Position numbers and translations under genes: made by a program. Positions 10,608 through 19,480 of a stretch of DNA of 64,000 nt are shown here, one piece after another. Below the pieces are notes generated by a model, which saw only the letters and a list, made by a program, of their open reading frames with translations, was not told the origin of the DNA and did not search any database. Within the stretch, counting starts at the first letter, position 1. Each line of letters begins with the position of its first letter. Source of the DNA: an uncultured Alphaproteobacteria bacterium (lineage in GTDB: Bacteria; Pseudomonadota; Alphaproteobacteria; UBA2966); the NCBI GenBank assembly GCA_958295725.1, contig OY282368.1, positions 3,393,827-3,457,826 of the forward strand. The letters run 5' to 3'.

Positions 10608-12278
10608 ATGAACGGGTACGGCGCGAACGACGACGACACCGCGGTGGCCGAAGGGCCGGGCGAACGATCACGCCGCGGGGCGGCGCGAGCGCGGCGGCGC
10701 CTGTTGTCCCCCCTTACGTTGCGCGTGCTCGCGGTCAACGTGCTGGCGTTGGCGATACTCGTGGGCGGCCTGTTGTTCCTCGGCCAGTACCGCGAGAGCC
10801 TCTTCGAGGCGAAAGTGGCGGCGCTGTCGATCAACGGCGCCATCATCGCCGGTGCGCTCGGCGAGGGCGCCGTCGGGGGACCTCCCGAAAGCATCGCGCT
10901 GCACGTGGAGATCGCCACCGATTTCGTGCGCCGGCTCTCCCAGTTGACGGGAACTCGGGTGCGTCTGTTCGACGAAAGCGGGGTTATGGTCGCGGATAGC
11001 CGGGTTCTGCTCGGCGGCAACCGGGAGGTGCGGGCCAGGATGCTCGTCCCGCCGGCCGAGGAAGGTTACGTGTCCAGGCTGGTCGGCCGGGCGTCCGACC
11101 TTATGTCCGGGTTTCTGTCGTTGGACTCCGCATTGCCGCTGTATCGCGAGCCGTCGTTCTTGGTGGCGGGAGATTTCCCCGAGGTTCTCCGCGCTCTCGA
11201 AGGTAAGACCGACAGCGCCCAGCGCCGGACCGCGGACGGACGGGTCATAGTGACCGTCGCCCTTCCGGTGCAACGGTTCAAGAAGGTCCTGGGAGCGCTC
11301 CTGCTGTCGGCGAGCGGCGAGGATATCGAGGCGGGGGTGCGCGACGTGCGTCTCGCCATCCTGCAAGTATTCGCGCTGGCGTTCGCGATCACTGTGATGC
11401 TGTCGATCTATCTGGCCGCGACCATCGCGCGTCCCGTCCGGCACTTGGCGGAGGTGGCCGAGGTCGTCCGCCGGGGACCGACCCGGCGCGTCGCGATTCC
11501 CGATTTCACCTCTCGCCGGGACGAGATCGGCGATCTCTCCGGGGCGCTGGCCGATATGACGACCGCGCTGTACGACAGAATTGAAGCCATCGAGGCGTTC
11601 GCCGCGGATGTCGCGCACGAGGTGAGGAACCCGATCACCAGCATTCGCAGCGCGGTGGAGTTGCTGGCCCGGGGCGACGACCCCCGGCGGCGGGAGAAAC
11701 TGACGGCCATCATCCAGGAAGACGTCGCGAGACTCGACCGGTTGATCGGCGACATCGCGGATGCATCGCGTGTCGACGCCGAACTCGCCCGCGCGGAAAT
11801 CGGGCCTGTGGACCTGGTCCAGCTCGTTCGCACCCTGGTGGGAATCGAGCGCGAAACGGGACGCGGCGACTCGCCCGATATCGCGGTCGATACCGGGTCC
11901 GACGCCGCCCTCGTGGTCGATGGCATCGAGGGACGCCTGGGTCAGGTGATGAGGAACCTACTGGCCAACGCCGTCACCTTCAGTCCTTCCGGGGGGTGCA
12001 TCCAGATCCGTGTCTTCCGCGAGAACGGCCGCGCGCGGATAACGGTGGAGGACGATGGTCCAGGCATCCCGGAAGACATGCGGGAAGCCATATTCGAGCG
12101 GTTCTACACCGAACGGCCAGAGGGTGAGACCTTTGGCGCGCATTCCGGACTGGGGCTCAGTATTTCGAGGCAGATCGTCGCCGCGCACGGCGGCGACATT
12201 CGCGCCGAGAATCGCCGGAACGAGGACGGGGAGGTCGTCGGGGCGCGTTTAACGGTGGAGTTGCCGTTGCCGGCCTGA
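10608..12278 (+). CDS. chvG: Sensor histidine kinase ChvG/ExoS
   Basis: SPLTLRVLAVN TM1, HAMP domain, FAADVAHEVRNP H-box, ERFYTERP..FGAHSGLGLSIS. Confidence 0.92.
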   Translation: MNGYGANDDDTAVAEGPGERSRRGAARARRRLLSPLTLRVLAVNVLALAILVGGLLFLGQYRESLFEAKVAALSINGAIIAGALGEGAVGGPPESIALHVEIATDFVRRLSQLTGTRVRLFDESGVMVADSRVLLGGNREVRARMLVPPAEEGYVSRLVGRASDLMSGFLSLDSALPLYREPSFLVAGDFPEVLRALEGKTDSAQRRTADGRVIVTVALPVQRFKKVLGALLLSASGEDIEAGVRDVRLAILQVFALAFAITVMLSIYLAATIARPVRHLAEVAEVVRRGPTRRVAIPDFTSRRDEIGDLSGALADMTTALYDRIEAIEAFAADVAHEVRNPITSIRSAVELLARGDDPRRREKLTAIIQEDVARLDRLIGDIADASRVDAELARAEIGPVDLVQLVRTLVGIERETGRGDSPDIAVDTGSDAALVVDGIEGRLGQVMRNLLANAVTFSPSGGCIQIRVFRENGRARITVEDDGPGIPEDMREAIFERFYTERPEGETFGAHSGLGLSISRQIVAAHGGDIRAENRRNEDGEVVGARLTVELPLPA

Positions 12279-12371
12279 CCGTGTTCCCCGGGGGATAGTC
12301 CGTTGACTCCGACGCCGGGGATACGCACCTTTGCCGCGGGCGGCCGCTTTTGCGCAAGAGGAACGCCCGCG

Positions 12372-12491
12372 GTGAGCCGCGCTTCGGTAACGGCGGTGGA
12401 CGACGACTCTCCCGTATCGGTGGTTCTCGTCACCGGCATGTCGGGGCACGGAGGCCCCGATGTTTACGGCGGGACGGACGGGGTGATATAG
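12372..12491 (+). pseudogene. rapZ: 5' remnant of RNase adapter RapZ
   Basis: Translates VVLVTGMSGHGG, matching the RapZ N-terminal P-loop start (VTGMSGAGKS), then diverges and stops; syntenic position between chvG and ahcY. Confidence 0.6.
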
Positions 12492-12567
12492 ACCCTCGGC
12501 CGCATGACCGGGGCCGGGCCGCGAAACTCATGGCCCCGACCATTCTTTCACCCTTGAGGAACGTTCC

Positions 12568-13854
12568 ATGCCCGACTACAAGGTCGCCGACATTGCCTTG
12601 GCGGGATTGGGGCGCCGCGAGATCACGATCGCCGAGACCGAGATGCCGGGCCTCATGGCGCTGCGGGAGGAGTATGCGGACCAGCGGCCGCTGGCGGGCG
12701 CGCGTATCGCCGGATGCCTTCACATGACGCTTGAGACCGCGGTGTTGATCGAGACGCTGATGGCGCTCGGCGCCGAGGTGCGCTGGAGTTCCTGCAACAT
12801 CTTTTCGACCCAGGACCACGCCGCCGCGGCCGTGGCCGAGCGCGGCGTGCCGGTGTTCGCGTGGAAAGGCGAGACCCTTGAAGAGTACGACTGGTGCATC
12901 GACCGGACGATCGAAGGGCCGGGCGGCTGGCGTCCCAACCTGCTGCTGGACGACGGCGGAGATCTGACGCAGGTCATGCACGACAAGCATCCCGGTCTCC
13001 TCAAGGACGTACGCGGGCTGTCGGAAGAGACGAGCACGGGGGTCCGCCGCCTGTATCAGATGGAGGAATCCGGCGATCTCCTGGTTCCGGCGTTCAACGT
13101 CAACGATTCGGTCACGAAGTCCAAGTTCGACAACCTGTACGGCTCGCGCGAGAGCCTCATCGACGGGATCAAGCAGGCGACGGGCGTCATGTTGGCGGGC
13201 AAGCTGGCGGTGGTCTGCGGCTACGGCGAAGTCGGCAAGGGGTCGTCCGCGAGCCTGAGAGGGCAGGGCGCCCGCGTCGTGGTGACCGAGATCGATCCGA
13301 TCTGCGCCCTCCAGGCGTCCATGGAAGGCTATGAGGTCGCGACGATGGAAGACGTCGCGCCGCGCGGCGACATCTTCGTGACCGCGACCGGCAACACGGA
13401 CGTCATCACCCTCGACCACATGCGCGAGATGAAGGACCGCGCCATCGTCTGCAACATCGGCCATTTCGACTCCGAGATCCAGATCGCGGCGTTGCGAAAC
13501 TTCCAGTGGCACGAGGTCAAGCCGCAGGTCGACGAGGTGGAGTTTCCCGACGGCAAACGGCTCATCGTGCTGGCGAAGGGCCGGTTGGTGAACCTGGGGT
13601 GCGCCACGGGGCATCCCAGCTTCGTGATGAGCGCGTCGTTCACGAACCAGGTGATGGCCCAACTCGAACTCTGGAACAACACCGACCGATACGAGAAGAA
13701 AGTGTACGTGCTGCCCAAGCATCTCGACGAGAGGGTTGCGCGTCTTCACCTCGACAAGCTGGGCGTGAGGCTGTCGCGCCTTTCCGGCGAGCAGTCCGAG
13801 TATCTCGGCGTTCCGGTCGAGGGGCCGTATAAGCCCGATCACTATCGCTACTGA
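12568..13854 (+). CDS. ahcY: Adenosylhomocysteinase, short about 430-aa form
   Basis: [44 protein letters not shown] and C-terminal KPDHYRY motifs. Confidence 0.97.
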   Translation: MPDYKVADIALAGLGRREITIAETEMPGLMALREEYADQRPLAGARIAGCLHMTLETAVLIETLMALGAEVRWSSCNIFSTQDHAAAAVAERGVPVFAWKGETLEEYDWCIDRTIEGPGGWRPNLLLDDGGDLTQVMHDKHPGLLKDVRGLSEETSTGVRRLYQMEESGDLLVPAFNVNDSVTKSKFDNLYGSRESLIDGIKQATGVMLAGKLAVVCGYGEVGKGSSASLRGQGARVVVTEIDPICALQASMEGYEVATMEDVAPRGDIFVTATGNTDVITLDHMREMKDRAIVCNIGHFDSEIQIAALRNFQWHEVKPQVDEVEFPDGKRLIVLAKGRLVNLGCATGHPSFVMSASFTNQVMAQLELWNNTDRYEKKVYVLPKHLDERVARLHLDKLGVRLSRLSGEQSEYLGVPVEGPYKPDHYRY

Positions 13855-13895
13855 ACTCCGGGAGCCGGGAGGTTCTTCGGCGAGACCACCTCGGA

Positions 13896-14414
13896 ATGAC
13901 CGATACAAGGCCCAACGCGGGAACATGTCGAACGACCGGCGACGGTGAGATACTCGGCGGTCTCGCCGAGACCGAACGGCTGGCCTCGCGGCTCTCCGGG
14001 GTCGCGCAGCCGGGCGACCTCATCTGCCTTTCCGGCGAGCTCGGAACCGGAAAGACGGCTTTCGCACGCTCCTTCATCCGTTCGCGGGCATCCTTCGCGG
14101 GCGTCGAGGTCGGCGAGGTTCCGAGCCCGACGTTCACGTTGGCGCAGACCTACGAAATGCCCCGTGGCGACATCTGGCACTTCGACCTGTTTCGTCTCGA
14201 ACATCCGGGCGAGACGCTCGAACTGGGGATCGAGGACGCGTTGAACGACGGCATCTGTCTCGTCGAATGGCCCGACCGCCTTCCGGAAAACTTGCCGGGC
14301 GCACGTCTGGACATGGCGTTCACGTTTGGCGCGACGGAGGACGAGCGCCGCGTCGGGATCGTCGGCGACGCGACGTGGCGCGAACGGTTGGCCGGGCTCG
14401 TCGGAAATGGGTGA
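13896..14414 (+). CDS. tsaE: tRNA t6A biosynthesis ATPase
   Basis: LSGELGTGKT, VPSPTFTL, HFDLFRL and LVEWP motifs. Confidence 0.93.
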   Translation: MTDTRPNAGTCRTTGDGEILGGLAETERLASRLSGVAQPGDLICLSGELGTGKTAFARSFIRSRASFAGVEVGEVPSPTFTLAQTYEMPRGDIWHFDLFRLEHPGETLELGIEDALNDGICLVEWPDRLPENLPGARLDMAFTFGATEDERRVGIVGDATWRERLAGLVGNG

Positions 14415-15411
14415 CCGGGCGGCGCACATCGAGGGATTTCTGGCGCGGGCCGGCTGGTCCGGCGCCACGCGGGAGCCGTTGGCGGAAGACGCCTCGTTTC
14501 GCCGCTACGAGCGTCTACGGCGCGACCGGCGGAGCGCCGTGCTGATGGACGCGCCGCCGTCCCGCGAGGACGTGCGCCCGTTCATCGCGATCGGCCGGCA
14601 CCTGCGGTTCCTCGGATATTCGGCGCCGGAGGTCTACGCGGCGGATGTCGAGCTCGGGGCTCTGCTGCTGGAAGATCTGGGCGACGACCTGTTCGCCAGG
14701 GTTCTCGACGCGGGTGGTGACGCGCGGAAACTGTACGCTCACGCCGTCGACCTCCTGATCGACCTCCAGCGCCGCGAGCTGCCGAAAGATGTCGCCCGGT
14801 ACGACGTTCCGACGCTGCTCGACGAAGCCGCGCTGTTCGTGGATTGGTATCTTCCCGCGGTCGGCGGGACCGCGGTCGCACGGTCCGCGCGGGAGTCCTT
14901 CTTCGCGGCGTGGCGGGAGGTCCTGCCGCTGGCCGGCGAGGGTGTGCCGGTGCTGGTGCTTCGGGATTACCACGTCGACAACCTGATGTGGCTGGAACGG
15001 CGGGACGGAACGTCCCGCGTGGGACTGCTCGATTTTCAGGACGCGCTCATCGGTCCTTGTCTGTACGACCTCGTGTCGCTTCTGAAAGACGCGAGGCGCG
15101 GCCTTCCTCCGGTCCTGGTCGAGGAGATGTTCGACCGGTTCGTCGAGGGCGTAGGCTTGGACGCCACGGACACCAGAACCGCCCGCGCGGTTCTCGGCGC
15201 GCAGCGCAACACCAAGATCATCGGCATCTTCACCAGACTTTGGCGAAGGGATGGAAAAAGCGATTATCTCGCGTACATTCCCCGGGTTTGGGGTCTACTC
15301 GAGGGCGACCTTGAATACCCCGTGTTGAATCCTCTGCGCGTCTGGTTCGATCGGCACGTGCCGTCGCGATTGCGGGGCTCCTACATCGCCGGGTCCGTGG
15401 CTCCCTCATGA
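14407..15411 (+). CDS. amgK: Anomeric MurNAc/GlcNAc kinase (APH family)
   Basis: DASFRRY, LMDAPP, LLEDLGD, LRDYHVDNL and LLDFQDA motifs; lies between tsaE and murU. Confidence 0.85.
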   Translation: MGDRAAHIEGFLARAGWSGATREPLAEDASFRRYERLRRDRRSAVLMDAPPSREDVRPFIAIGRHLRFLGYSAPEVYAADVELGALLLEDLGDDLFARVLDAGGDARKLYAHAVDLLIDLQRRELPKDVARYDVPTLLDEAALFVDWYLPAVGGTAVARSARESFFAAWREVLPLAGEGVPVLVLRDYHVDNLMWLERRDGTSRVGLLDFQDALIGPCLYDLVSLLKDARRGLPPVLVEEMFDRFVEGVGLDATDTRTARAVLGAQRNTKIIGIFTRLWRRDGKSDYLAYIPRVWGLLEGDLEYPVLNPLRVWFDRHVPSRLRGSYIAGSVAPS

Positions 15412-16136
15412 CGCCTTCCGTCTCGTCCCTGTCCGACACCGCAATGGTTCTGGCCGCCGGCAAGGGCACCCGGATGCGGGATCTCGCGTCGGAGCGTCCC
15501 AAGCCTCTGGTCGAGATTCGAGGCACGCCGCTCATCGATGGAGTCCTGGATCGCTTGAGCACGGCGGGTATCCCGAAGGCGGTCGTCAACGTCCATCGTT
15601 TCGCCGACATGCTGCGCGACCACTTGGCATCTCGCCGGGAGCCGGAGATCACGATATCCGACGAGTCCGATCGATTGCTGGACACCGGCGGCGGAGTCGC
15701 CCGCGCCCTGACCCGTTTCGAGGGTCGGCCCTTTTTCGTTCTCAATGCCGACGTCCTGTGGCTCGATGGGCGCGCCAACACCCTGTCGAGCCTGGCGCGG
15801 CGCTGGAGCGACGAGGAAATGGACGCGCTGCTCCTGATGTGCTTCGCGGTCGGTGCCATCGGTTACGAGGGGTTGGGCGATTTCACGATGGCGGACGATG
15901 GACGATTGTCCCGGCGCGAGGAGCAATGGGTGGCGCCGTTCGTGTTCTCGGGGATCCAGATCCTGCATCCGCGTCTGTTCGACGCCGCGCCCGGCGGCGT
16001 TTTCTCCCTGAATCGCCTCTGGGACAAGGCCGAGTCGGAAGGCAGGCTGTTCGGTCTTATCCACGAAGGCGCGTGGATGCACGTGGGAACGCCGGAGGGC
16101 GTGTCGGCCGCCGAGGACGTTCTGAGCGGCTTCTAG
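15408..16136 (+). CDS. murU: MurNAc-1-phosphate uridylyltransferase
   Basis: MVLAAGKGTRMR..PKPL, LLDTGGGV and WMHVGTP motifs. Confidence 0.85.
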   Translation: MTPSVSSLSDTAMVLAAGKGTRMRDLASERPKPLVEIRGTPLIDGVLDRLSTAGIPKAVVNVHRFADMLRDHLASRREPEITISDESDRLLDTGGGVARALTRFEGRPFFVLNADVLWLDGRANTLSSLARRWSDEEMDALLLMCFAVGAIGYEGLGDFTMADDGRLSRREEQWVAPFVFSGIQILHPRLFDAAPGGVFSLNRLWDKAESEGRLFGLIHEGAWMHVGTPEGVSAAEDVLSGF

Positions 16137-16141
16137 GAGTC

Positions 16142-16317
16142 TGTCCAAGTAGTGGTTCAGGCGGGGCAGACCGAAGGCCTGCATGGGGGTTCTCCTTCAC
16201 ACCGTTTGTTCGACACCAACAGTGTCGGAGGCCCCCACCTCTCCTTCAAGGGCCGCGTCTCACATCTGTCTGAACGAGGTCAATACCCTCCCGTCTCATA
16301 TGTCCTGAACCAGGACA
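16142..16317. mobile_element. Miniature composite scar of the IS481-family element
   Basis: 16162-16282 is an inverted copy of the IS left end plus the first transposase codons (MQAFGLPR vs MQTFGLPR); 16293-16317 is identical to the IS right end; 16142-16161 is an inverted right-end tip with a 6-nt insert; flanks are GAGTC and GAGGC. Confidence 0.85.
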
Positions 16318-16322
16318 GAGGC

Positions 16323-16351
16323 TTGCCCGTCCGGCGGCGGGCGTATATGCT
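16323..16351 (+). promoter_or_regulatory. Putative sigma70 promoter of the btu leader
   Basis: TTGCCC-N17-TATGCT immediately before the riboswitch. Confidence 0.5.
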
Positions 16352-16354
16352 CCG

Positions 16355-16535
16355 CGGCGTGGTGGTTCCCCCCGTCGGGGATAAAAAGGGAACGCGGTGA
16401 GATCGCCTTCGCGGTCGAGTCCGCGGCTGCCCCCGCAACTGTAAGCGGATAGTCGGCGCTCACGATCGCCACTGGGAATCCCGGGAAGGCGAGCGCCTGC
16501 GACAACCCGCGAGCCAGGAGACCTGCCGCCACGCG
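16355..16535 (+). ncRNA. Cobalamin riboswitch
   Basis: AAAAGGGAACGCGGTG, TCCGCGGCTGCCCCCGCAACTGTAA, GCCACTG..GGGAAGGC and B12 box GAGCCAGGAGACCTGCC; upstream of btuB. Confidence 0.95.
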
Positions 16536-16723
16536 TCGCCCAACCGGTGAACGGGGTGTTTCGTCGGGACGGACTGCCGTTGGTGGCGACGAACGGAAAG
16601 CAAACGTGTCGTCGCGAACGGGCCATTGATGACATCGACAGGAAATCAGCGACATCGTCGGTCGGCTCTCAGCGACGGCACGGCTTTCTCCGTGTCAAAC
16701 ACAAATCGGTTCGGGAGCCATCC

Positions 16724-18628
16724 ATGCGATTCAACAGAGAACTCGGACGTCTCGCGTTTGTCCTCGGGGGCGCGGCGGCGGTCCTCGGCACCACCTCGGA
16801 GCGCCTGTCGGCGCAGGTCCGGATGTTGCCGGAAGTCGTGGTCACCGCCAGTCGGATACCCGTCCCCTCCTCGGCGGTCGGCAGCGCGGTGACCGTCATC
16901 GACGGCGACGACATCGACGCGAAACAGGACCGTACCATCGGCGAGACCCTGCGCGAGGTGCCCGGCGTCGCCGTCAGTCGTTCGGGAGGCTCCGGCGCCT
17001 ATACGCAGGTCCGCATCCGGGGCGCGGAAGCGAACCAGACCCTGGTCCTGATCGACGGAATCGAGGTGGGCGATCCGGCGAACGGATCCGAATTCGATTT
17101 CGGCAATCTCCTCGCCAACGAGATCGAGCGCGTCGAAGTGCTTCGCGGGCCCCAAAGCGCGCTGTGGGGCAGCGACGCGATCGGCGGCGTCGTCAACGTC
17201 GTCACCCGGCGGGGACACGGCGCGCCCGGGATTTCCGTCGATGCCGAGGCGGGATCCTTCCGCACGGCGCGCGGCGCCGCGAGCTTCCGCGCCGGAGGCG
17301 ACCGCTACCACGTCTCCGCGCACGCCGTGGGCGTTCATACGGACGGCATCTCGGCGGCGAGCGAGAAGCGAGGCAACGGGGAGCAGGACGGTCATCGCAA
17401 CCGCACCGTCCACGTCAAGGCGGGCCTCTCGCCAGCGCCGAACGCCAGTTTCGACGTCGTGGGTCGGTGGACGGACGCCGAATTGCGGACGGACGGTTTC
17501 GTCTCCGGCATCGGCCTCACCGATACCGACGCCCGGACGAGCTCCATCAAGCGCTACTACCGGGGGTCGGCCACCCTCTCCACGCTCGACGGCCGCTGGA
17601 CTCACGAGGTGAGCGCCGGGCTCACCGACAGCCATCGCGAGTACTTCGAGGACGGCATCGCCAGCAGCGTGTTCGAGGGCGAGAAACGGAAGTTCGACTA
17701 CCAGACGACCCTGCGTTTCGAGGCGGCCCATGCCGAACATTCCCTGACCCTCGCGGCAGAACGGGAAGAGGAGAACGTGATTTCCGCGAGCGCCTTCTCG
17801 GACGTCGACCGCGATATCGGCCACGTGGGGTACGTCGCGGAGTATCGGCTCAATCTGCTCGACACGATCCACTTTTCCGTCGCCGGCCGGCGCGACGACG
17901 CGAAATTCTTCGACGACGCCGACACCTACCGGGTCGCGGCCGCCTACGAACACCGGCCGTGGGGGACGCGGTTCCACGCGAGCCATGGCGAAGGGGTCAA
18001 GAACCCGACGATCTTCGAGTTGTTCGGGTTCGCGGCCGGCTTCAGGGGCAACCCCGACCTGTCCCCGGAAACCGCGGCGGGCTGGGACGCCGGTATCGAG
18101 CAGCCGCTCCTCGGCGGCGAGGCGATCCTCGACGTCACGTACTTCGAGACCGACATCGCGGACCTGATCCAGGGCTTCGGCGACACGGCGATGAATCTCT
18201 CCGGCACCAGCCGGACCCACGGCGTCGAGTTCGCCGGAACCTGGCGGTTCGACACCGATCTGACGCTCTCCGGGGCCTACACCTGGTCGGTCGGACAGGA
18301 CGCGACCGGCACGGAGCTGCCGCGCCGGCCCAAGCATATCGCCAGCCTGAACGCGAATTACACGTTCGAGATCGAGAACCGCCCGGGCTGGGTGAACGTC
18401 GGCATCGACTTCAACGGCGAGCGCACGGATCTCCGATTCGATCCCGCCCCCGTCACGGTTCGTCTCGGCGGCTTCACGCTGCTCAAGATCGTCGCCGGCT
18501 ACCGGGTTCGGCCCGGAGTCGAGATTTATGCCCGGGGCGAGAACCTGCTCGACCGCGAATACGAGGAGGTCCTGGCCTTCGGCGCGCCCGGCCGCGCGGT
18601 CTACGGGGGCCTTCGGGCGACGTTCTAG
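16724..18628 (+). CDS. btuB: TonB-dependent cobalamin receptor
   Basis: Signal peptide, EVVVTASR TonB box, IERVEVLRGPQSALWGSDAIGGVVN plug, ENLLDREY and terminal Phe; follows a B12 riboswitch. Confidence 0.9.
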   Translation: MRFNRELGRLAFVLGGAAAVLGTTSERLSAQVRMLPEVVVTASRIPVPSSAVGSAVTVIDGDDIDAKQDRTIGETLREVPGVAVSRSGGSGAYTQVRIRGAEANQTLVLIDGIEVGDPANGSEFDFGNLLANEIERVEVLRGPQSALWGSDAIGGVVNVVTRRGHGAPGISVDAEAGSFRTARGAASFRAGGDRYHVSAHAVGVHTDGISAASEKRGNGEQDGHRNRTVHVKAGLSPAPNASFDVVGRWTDAELRTDGFVSGIGLTDTDARTSSIKRYYRGSATLSTLDGRWTHEVSAGLTDSHREYFEDGIASSVFEGEKRKFDYQTTLRFEAAHAEHSLTLAAEREEENVISASAFSDVDRDIGHVGYVAEYRLNLLDTIHFSVAGRRDDAKFFDDADTYRVAAAYEHRPWGTRFHASHGEGVKNPTIFELFGFAAGFRGNPDLSPETAAGWDAGIEQPLLGGEAILDVTYFETDIADLIQGFGDTAMNLSGTSRTHGVEFAGTWRFDTDLTLSGAYTWSVGQDATGTELPRRPKHIASLNANYTFEIENRPGWVNVGIDFNGERTDLRFDPAPVTVRLGGFTLLKIVAGYRVRPGVEIYARGENLLDREYEEVLAFGAPGRAVYGGLRATF

Positions 18629-18637
18629 AGGCCGGCG

Positions 18638-19480
18638 ATGGCGGCGGCGCGCATCTTTCGCTTCGGCCCGAGATTCCTCGCCGCCGTCCTTCTCGCCGGG
18701 TCTCTCGCGGGCGGGGCGGACGCGAAACCCCGGCGGGTCGTCTCGCTCAACCTCTGCGCGGACCAGCTCGTCCTGATGCTGGCGGAAGCTTCCAACATCG
18801 CCGCGGTCAGCTACCTGTCGCACGACCCCGCCAACTCGTACATGGCGTCCGTAGCGCGCGATTTCCCGGCGACGCGCGGGCGCGTCGAAGAGATTCTTCC
18901 GTTGGAACCCGACCTGATACTCGCGGGACGCTTCACGTCGCAAGGATCGGTCGCCTTCCTGAAGCGCATGGGTCATCCCGTGGCCGTCCTCGACCCGCCG
19001 GAGGATTTCGCGGGAATCCGCGCCCAGATCCGGCGCGTCGCGGCGCTCCTGGACGAGGTGGAACGCGGCGAGGCGCTGCTGTCGGACATGGACCGGCGGC
19101 TGGAGCGCACCGGACGGGCCGCGCCCGCCGGCCGGCGAACCGCCGCCTTCTATATGCCCAACGGATACACCGCCGGCGGCGGGACTCCCATCCATTCCGT
19201 TCTCGCCGCCGCCGGCTTCCGGAACGCGGCCGCCGAACTGGGTGTGACGGGGACCGCCGCGCTGTCGATGGAGCGACTGGTCGCCTCCGACCCCGACGTA
19301 TTGATCCTCGGCTCTTTCGGCGACGGCGGCGCCTCGATCGCCGAGGAGACACTCCGTCACCCCGCTCTCGCGAAATCGATGAAGGGGAAGACGCTGCTCC
19401 GGATTCCCACCCGTCTCTGGGTGTGTCCGGGCCCTATGCTCGCGGAAGCGGTCGAACTGTTGGCGGAGGCGCGGCCGTGA
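18638..19480 (+). CDS. btuF: Cobalamin ABC transporter substrate-binding protein
   Basis: Signal peptide, PRRVVSLNLCADQL, EEILPLEPDLI; operon context. Confidence 0.85.
   Translation: MAAARIFRFGPRFLAAVLLAGSLAGGADAKPRRVVSLNLCADQLVLMLAEASNIAAVSYLSHDPANSYMASVARDFPATRGRVEEILPLEPDLILAGRFTSQGSVAFLKRMGHPVAVLDPPEDFAGIRAQIRRVAALLDEVERGEALLSDMDRRLERTGRAAPAGRRTAAFYMPNGYTAGGGTPIHSVLAAAGFRNAAAELGVTGTAALSMERLVASDPDVLILGSFGDGGASIAEETLRHPALAKSMKGKTLLRIPTRLWVCPGPMLAEAVELLAEARP

Noticed and set aside
12281-12302. GTGTTCCCCG-GGGGATAGTCCG resembling a type I-E CRISPR repeat without its loop
   Set aside because: Single copy, no regular spacing, and no cas genes in the window.
12492-12567. Possible SAH or SAM riboswitch before ahcY
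   Set aside because: The consensus elements of SAH and SAM-alpha riboswitches were not recognisable.
16152-16400. 82-aa ORF after murU
   Set aside because: It consists of IS end sequences and the riboswitch leader; not a real gene.
16646-19360. 904-aa antisense ORF, and similar ones at 4742-7351, 46994-49525, 52021-54048 and 55242-57605
   Set aside because: These are shadow frames opposite well-supported genes; stops are scarce because of GC-rich codon bias, and they carry no recognisable motifs.
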